From NCBI GenBank assembly GCA_964486045.1, contig CAZALK010000010.1:64001-128000 (forward strand): a DNA stretch of 64,000 nt, given 5' to 3'. The notes below the pieces were generated by a model. The model was not told the DNA's origin, made no database searches, and was given only the letters and a program-made list of their open reading frames with translations. Shown here in pieces: positions 58,789 to 64,000 of the stretch (positions within the stretch are counted from its first letter, which is position 1; every line of letters begins with the position of its first letter). The DNA comes from an uncultured archaeon. GTDB lineage: Archaea > Asgardarchaeota > Lokiarchaeia > Sigyniarchaeales > SOKP01. The translations under genes and the position numbers were made by a program.

Positions 58789-60393
58789 TTAAAAAAAAGA
58801 CGTAATCTTTGTTTGATTTTTATCGAGAAGCCATTTCACAAAATAATTTGTGACTCTTCCTGACCAAACTGCATTCCTAGTGGTTTCACTTTCAAATCTT
58901 TGAATATCTCGATATGTAAATTTATTAGTTAACATAAGATTTTTCATTCGGAGTACCCATTCTACAAAATGTTTATATAATTTATTATTTGAGGAAGCTA
59001 CTCTCGCAAATGATGACTCATAGAACTCTTTATCTCTTCGAGAATACCCCGAGAAATATCTATAATTCTGGTTCATCCAAAAGTATTTTTCTGTAGATTC
59101 AGTAAATTTTTTGATATTACAGTTCCATAATTTCACGGTTTCAATTGCCGGTAACTCATTTAAAACCTCAGGAATTTCAGTAATATTATCATTCCCTGAT
59201 AAATCCAAATAATTTAGATTTGTAAATCTTTTAAGGCCTTTAAATTCCGAAATTCTATTATTTCTCAAAGAAAGGCTATGTAAATTTGTGGTATGTTCTA
59301 ATTCTTCAATACTTGTAATTCTATTGTTATTCAACTTTAGGATTTTGACATTCGGAAATTTTTCCAGCCCTTTAAAATCGGAAACAAGATTGTTGCTTAA
59401 ATCTAGTTCTTTTATATCACCTAAATTATTATTTGTTAATTCAATATCTGATATGGATTGAATATTTTGATTATTTAAATACAACTTTTCATTTTTAAAA
59501 ATTCCAATAATCTTATCTTTACATTTTATAAAATCATATTTGAATTCAAAATCTTTAAAATATTCGAGATGCCGATTGATATATTTTATTAAGGGAAATC
59601 TGCTCTTTGATTTTAACTTATCATAAACACTTTTAACAAAAATTTCTCTATAATTTTGTGGAATTTCAGTTATAATTTTTGATGTAATCACTGATAAATG
59701 TTCGATCCCAAAATTTCTAAGGAGTTCATTTGTAAATATGGTCATTAAACGAACATAATCAGGTGATGGATTAAGTTCGAGATTGCTCTTTATTTGGGCT
59801 AATAACTCATTTAAAATTGATGGATTAATTTCTTCTAAAATACTTTCAAATTCTTCTGAACTTAAATATTTCAAATAACCATTTTGAGTTAAGAATTGAG
59901 TAACTGTAGGATACTTACTCCCAAATCTCATGGCTATCTCTTCTCTAAATACTTTTTTGGCAATGGGATCACCAACTTCGCTTAATCTCTTTAGTAACGG
60001 GAAAGCAAGGTTTCTGTGAAGAATTCTAGTATCATAGCCATTTTCTGCCCATACTTGCAAATTTGAACAATGTCCCATAAATTCTTCTTCAGGAGTTATT
60101 TTTCTACTCATATTTTGATTTCCTTCTAAAGATCTATCTAAATATTCGGCAGCTTCATCAATTGAGTCAATTTCATCATAGTCTTCCACGCGATCAACTG
60201 GTATATTAAGCAACAAATACATACATTGTTGAAAAATACGGCCTTTCACGTAAATATTTGTTCTCCCACCCTCAAGTTTTAGTTTAAGATATTTATTAAT
60301 CTCAAATTCTCTTATATGAGTTCTTGATCTAAGATTTAGATAAAAAAGTGTCGAAATAATACTCACGTATACGAATAATTGAATTTCATACAT
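58789..60393 (-). CDS. LRR protein with the same N-terminal domain as 52817..54388
   Basis: EFEINKYL...FQQCMYL...SIDEAAE...EEEFMGHCSNLQ...ILHRNLAFPLL; about 5-6 LRRs. Confidence 0.88.
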   Translation of the reverse strand: MYEIQLFVYVSIISTLFYLNLRSRTHIREFEINKYLKLKLEGGRTNIYVKGRIFQQCMYLLLNIPVDRVEDYDEIDSIDEAAEYLDRSLEGNQNMSRKITPEEEFMGHCSNLQVWAENGYDTRILHRNLAFPLLKRLSEVGDPIAKKVFREEIAMRFGSKYPTVTQFLTQNGYLKYLSSEEFESILEEINPSILNELLAQIKSNLELNPSPDYVRLMTIFTNELLRNFGIEHLSVITSKIITEIPQNYREIFVKSVYDKLKSKSRFPLIKYINRHLEYFKDFEFKYDFIKCKDKIIGIFKNEKLYLNNQNIQSISDIELTNNNLGDIKELDLSNNLVSDFKGLEKFPNVKILKLNNNRITSIEELEHTTNLHSLSLRNNRISEFKGLKRFTNLNYLDLSGNDNITEIPEVLNELPAIETVKLWNCNIKKFTESTEKYFWMNQNYRYFSGYSRRDKEFYESSFARVASSNNKLYKHFVEWVLRMKNLMLTNKFTYRDIQRFESETTRNAVWSGRVTNYFVKWLLDKNQTKITSFF

Positions 60394-60528
60394 TGTTAGA
60401 ACAATTCAGGATCTTCTGGAAGGTAATTATAATAGAATGAGGTTACATTTGTTAAACTCATTCCAAAAGATTATTTCAGTGTTGGTATTAAAACCCCAAC
60501 TTTTTCCCTTTTTTGTTAAAAACCATGT

Positions 60529-61644
60529 TTATTGTATTTCTCTCATGCTTGGTGTCAATGAAAGGATATTCAGATTTAAATCTATTTTTGAGCCCATTAA
60601 AATAACTTCTCGAAGTAGCTTTCCTTCTTCTGACATTTGTAATTTTTTGGATTGTGTAATTCCTTCCATTAATTTCTCTCTTTCTATATCTAAGAAACCC
60701 ATTTCTATAGCGTTCTTAATAACGAGATTTAATACTAATAATTGGAATTGATCTTGAATAGCATCCCATATTAAACCCATTTCCTTTAGTTGGTTAGTTA
60801 TTTCTTCAGCCATAACATCTAAATCATAAGTTTTATCATAAATATCTTCTTGAAGATTGATGATTTCATTGATTAATTTATCTTTTATGAGCCGAAGTGT
60901 AGTTGTTCCTACTAAATCTTCTTCATGAAAGAAGAAATCATTATTTTTACGCTTAATCAAATAAAAACCAAAATCAAACTTTATTAATTTGAACCTGGCT
61001 AAATAATTGATTGCTTCTCTTGATACTTTATATACTTCACAAAACCGATCTAAATTTAATTTATAACCAACAAATTCTTCAGTATTTGACTCGTCTAAAT
61101 GCCAATACTTTCTAGCAAAAGCACCCTGACCTAGAATTGAGTTATAAAAAATATAAAAAAGTGACAAATACAGATCTCTATCCTGCTGTAATTCAAAAAA
61201 ATTATCTCCTATTTTAGAGATAATTCTGATTATATGGATTATAAATGGATCTTCCACACTGATTTCCTTGTAAAAAGCTATTAAATCTTCGAGCTTCCTG
61301 ACGTTTTCTTTTAATTCATTTACGACAAATAACTCATCCTTTAGTTTTAAAGGTTCTTCGCCTAGTTTTTCTATTCCTTTTTCAGTTATTACATATCCTC
61401 GGTATTGCTTTTTTGTTTGCTTATCCGTAATTAACCGATGTTCCACATTATTCTGTTTCCTATGGGTGTTAAGGTATTTAGAAACCGTGGATCTACTTAA
61501 ATTTGAATATTTTAGTAAATTTGTAAACCTTTGTGGACCTAAGTTTCTGAGAATAAATAATATCCTCCTACTATTATCTTCGATGTTAGAGGATTTTTTT
61601 AAAAGCTCTACCCTTAATTTTTTTGATATATTCCAACTTTCCAT
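60529..61644 (-). CDS. Winged-helix DNA-binding protein
   Basis: RRILFIL..GPQRFTNLL..SNLSRSTVSKYL...YVITEKG. Confidence 0.8.
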   Translation of the reverse strand: MESWNISKKLRVELLKKSSNIEDNSRRILFILRNLGPQRFTNLLKYSNLSRSTVSKYLNTHRKQNNVEHRLITDKQTKKQYRGYVITEKGIEKLGEEPLKLKDELFVVNELKENVRKLEDLIAFYKEISVEDPFIIHIIRIISKIGDNFFELQQDRDLYLSLFYIFYNSILGQGAFARKYWHLDESNTEEFVGYKLNLDRFCEVYKVSREAINYLARFKLIKFDFGFYLIKRKNNDFFFHEEDLVGTTTLRLIKDKLINEIINLQEDIYDKTYDLDVMAEEITNQLKEMGLIWDAIQDQFQLLVLNLVIKNAIEMGFLDIEREKLMEGITQSKKLQMSEEGKLLREVILMGSKIDLNLNILSLTPSMREIQ

Positions 61645-61831
61645 AATAATAAAATGTTAGTCCAGGTTTATTAAAGTATACTTTTTTTCTATACTAAGAC
61701 TAAAAGAATTGTTAAATACCAATAGTATAGAATTAAGTATATTTTCTTAAAAAATCAATATAATATAAAATTTTAAAAACTTAGGAATTGATTTTAGAAC
61801 TTGATATTAAATTTAAAATTAATAAAAATAT

Positions 61832-62038
61832 ATGCTAATGTCGATAGAAGACCCCAATATTTTAAAGAGATTAAAAAGTATTGAGGAAAGGTTAAATAGA
61901 ATAGAAGAACGTCTTTCCTTTGTTGAAAATAGATTAGGTGGATATCCACCTCGGCTTCCCCCGCAGCCAGGACCAATACAGCCACCAGGTCCACCAAGTC
62001 CGCCTGGACACCCCCCAGAACCTTTTCGGGTAGTGTAA
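61832..62038 (+). CDS. Small coiled-coil plus proline-rich protein
   Basis: LKSIEERLNRIEERLSFVENRL followed by PPRLPPQPGPIQPPGPPSPPGHPPEP. Confidence 0.7.
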   Translation: MLMSIEDPNILKRLKSIEERLNRIEERLSFVENRLGGYPPRLPPQPGPIQPPGPPSPPGHPPEPFRVV

Positions 62039-62181
62039 AACTAAATATTCTCGAAGAATAACGTCAATCGGTTTACAATGAACTAAACAAACTCAAGTCT
62101 AATTCAAAATACCAAAGACCTTAAGTAGAAATTTAACTAATATCATTTTAATAACAAACATACATAATTTATAAAAAAGAG

Positions 62182-62445
62182 TTGGTAGAAAAAATGACTC
62201 AATATAGGTTTAGACTTACAGGTGTGCCTCCTGATCAAGCAATCAAGCTTGTTGAGTTGGATCCTAATAATTCAATTGCAGACATTAAAAAAACTGTGCA
62301 AAGAGAATACAAATTGAACCCGATCCTTGCAATTCAGTTTATTTTTAAAGGAAAAGTATTACCTGATCAATTAAAATTTGCTAAAATAGGAATTCATCCA
62401 AAAAAAGACGTTATAACAGTTATGGCCACACAAGCTGGTGGGTAA
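62182..62445 (+). CDS. Ubiquitin-like protein with an exposed C-terminal di-glycine (start may be ATG 62194)
   Basis: Beta-grasp pattern SIADIKKTVQ...QFIFKGKVL; ends TQAGG*. Confidence 0.85.
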   Translation: MVEKMTQYRFRLTGVPPDQAIKLVELDPNNSIADIKKTVQREYKLNPILAIQFIFKGKVLPDQLKFAKIGIHPKKDVITVMATQAGG

Positions 62446-62520
62446 AATAAGTTCACGGGGTTATTAAGAGAAAAAAGCCGGCTAATTTTTCTCTCTTTTT
62501 TTTTATTTTTTATGGAAAAT

Positions 62521-62931
62521 TTATTGTTCGATAGTCAAAAACTTTTTTGAATACGTAAATTCTGTTAATTCAGTTGTAAATGATTTGAATTTGGAGATTT
62601 CACCATTGAAATCCTCAAGATAATTTCCATATTTTTCAAGGAATTTTTCTATAATGCTTTCTGAAATGGATTCCAACATTTTTTTATCATAATTTCCTTT
62701 CTTACATTTTAGAACTAAATGAAACCGCGATTTATGCGTATAAAAGAAAAAGATGAAACTATCCAGAGTCAAAGTTTTCAAACTTTCTTTAAAATTTCGT
62801 TTTGTAAACCTACAAACTATATCAAAATAGCTTGCTAGAGACTGTTGATCCTCTAATCCTTCATCACTTATGAAATTATGATAAAATAAGGCAATTCCTG
62901 ATTGATTTATAATCATTATTTCGCGAATCAT
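62521..62931 (-). CDS. Stand-alone longin-domain protein
   Basis: IMIINQSGIALFYHNF...LKTLTL...EKFLEKY...FNGEISKF. Confidence 0.8.
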   Translation of the reverse strand: MIREIMIINQSGIALFYHNFISDEGLEDQQSLASYFDIVCRFTKRNFKESLKTLTLDSFIFFFYTHKSRFHLVLKCKKGNYDKKMLESISESIIEKFLEKYGNYLEDFNGEISKFKSFTTELTEFTYSKKFLTIEQ

Positions 62932-63288
62932 GTTAAAAACACTAGATTTATGGATCTTATGGTAATTTGGTTGTTCTAAACAAACTAATATATTCTTATG
63001 AAAAACTATTTATCAAACTTAGTTTTCAACTAAATTATAGAACACTGTATTTTTAAATTTTATTTAATGATTTTTCTAATCATTGATAACTTATCTTAGC
63101 ATAATTTGCACATGATAACTATATAAAACTATTATATTCATTTAATAACAAAAGAAAACTTTGTTTTATCCCAGTTTCAGAAACATTAAATTTCTTAAAT
63201 TAGAAATCTCTATGGCTATAAAAATAAAGAAGAAAAGGAAAATGTTATACCTTAAAGCAATTTGAATTTGAGTCGTTATAAAATCATA

Positions 63289-63786
63289 TTATTCAATTTC
63301 AAATTTTAATTTAATAGGTACTTGTCTTTCTAGCGTATCTGCGACGGGTGAATGCGTCTCACATAGTTTCAGAAGTTCAGTTAATTGGTCAGGAGTCGCA
63401 TTTTTTGCTTTAATCTTAACAGTATAATTAAAATTCTGAAATCCCGGACCTGGTTCATTATCTACAGTATATAATCGAGCAATATTAAATTGCCCTTCAC
63501 TCTCGATAAATATTCTCTCCAACTCAATTCCACGTATCGTAGCATGCATTGCAATAACTCCAATTTCACATGAAATTAAACTTGCGTGGGTTGCCGCCAT
63601 AGATGAAAATTCCTCATCTCCATTCAAGAAAAGTTCTTTGTTACCTGCAGTAATTTTTGAACGCATTCCCCCAATCCATTCAGCACTCATTTTTTGTGCG
63701 ATTTGGCATTTTGGAAGATCATCTTTAAACATGGCAATATCATCATTTAGTTCTTCTACATCCATACCATTAAACATTTTTGTCAA
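63289..63786 (-). CDS. OsmC-family protein
   Basis: ASLISC...RGIELERI...HSPVADTL. Confidence 0.8.
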   Translation of the reverse strand: MTKMFNGMDVEELNDDIAMFKDDLPKCQIAQKMSAEWIGGMRSKITAGNKELFLNGDEEFSSMAATHASLISCEIGVIAMHATIRGIELERIFIESEGQFNIARLYTVDNEPGPGFQNFNYTVKIKAKNATPDQLTELLKLCETHSPVADTLERQVPIKLKFEIE

Positions 63787-64000
63787 ATTATTTCATACTC
63801 TCTTTTTATTATTTTTAGTTTAACTTATATGATACTCTATTATGATTTAATATTATTGGTATTTTTTTAGAATTCAATGGAAAATCCCTTCTAATATTGG
63901 AGATTAAGATAATTACTTGATTAAATATTAGACTTCTGCTAAAATAAATGATTCTTAAATGAAACCAGACATTATCCTTTAAAATTCAAATGAAAAAGTT

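Noticed and set aside
3686-63823. Many short antisense or overlapping track ORFs (e.g. 3686..3871, 8230..8436, 14194..14601, 27671..28000, 28797..29165, 39269..39574, 46473..46814, 56233..56556)
   Set aside because: They lie on the opposite strand of well-supported genes and show the F/S/L/I-rich composition expected of shadow frames.

Overview
AT-rich chromosomal segment of an Asgard archaeon, most likely Lokiarchaeia. This is inferred from archaeal housekeeping genes (proteasome beta, Sm-rpl37e, archaeal SepF, intron-containing tRNAs) plus many eukaryotic-signature proteins (Rab-like GTPase, roadblock, longin/uDENN, gelsolin, ubiquitin-like, ITPK1-like, IFT52-like). Main points: (1) A ~14 kb co-oriented chemosensory cluster (cheW, cheY, cheA, a cheW-cheC-cheC fusion, cheR, cheB, cheD, cheC) has no chemoreceptor, cheF or archaellum gene in the window. 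It is interleaved with a longin protein, a large beta-sandwich protein, a gelsolin-domain protein and a terminal roadblock-Rab-like GTPase fusion, so it is a candidate Che-to-small-GTPase/actin signalling system. (2) Three integrase-less cargo islets (~2.8, ~1.0 and ~3.1 kb) each sit between a conserved gene (PflX-like radical SAM, sepF, rpl37e) and a displaced, allelic copy of that gene's 3' end. (3) An inositol-phosphate cluster holds MIPS, four ATP-grasp proteins (two clearly ITPK1-like) and a HAD phosphatase with a polybasic tail. (4) A tRNA-Leu(UAA) has three non-canonical introns and a tRNA-Gly(CCC) has a T-loop intron. (5) A 2-TM membrane protein fused to a Nudix ADP-ribose pyrophosphatase domain lies head-to-head with nadA. 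All family calls come from motifs read by eye; no database searches were run.
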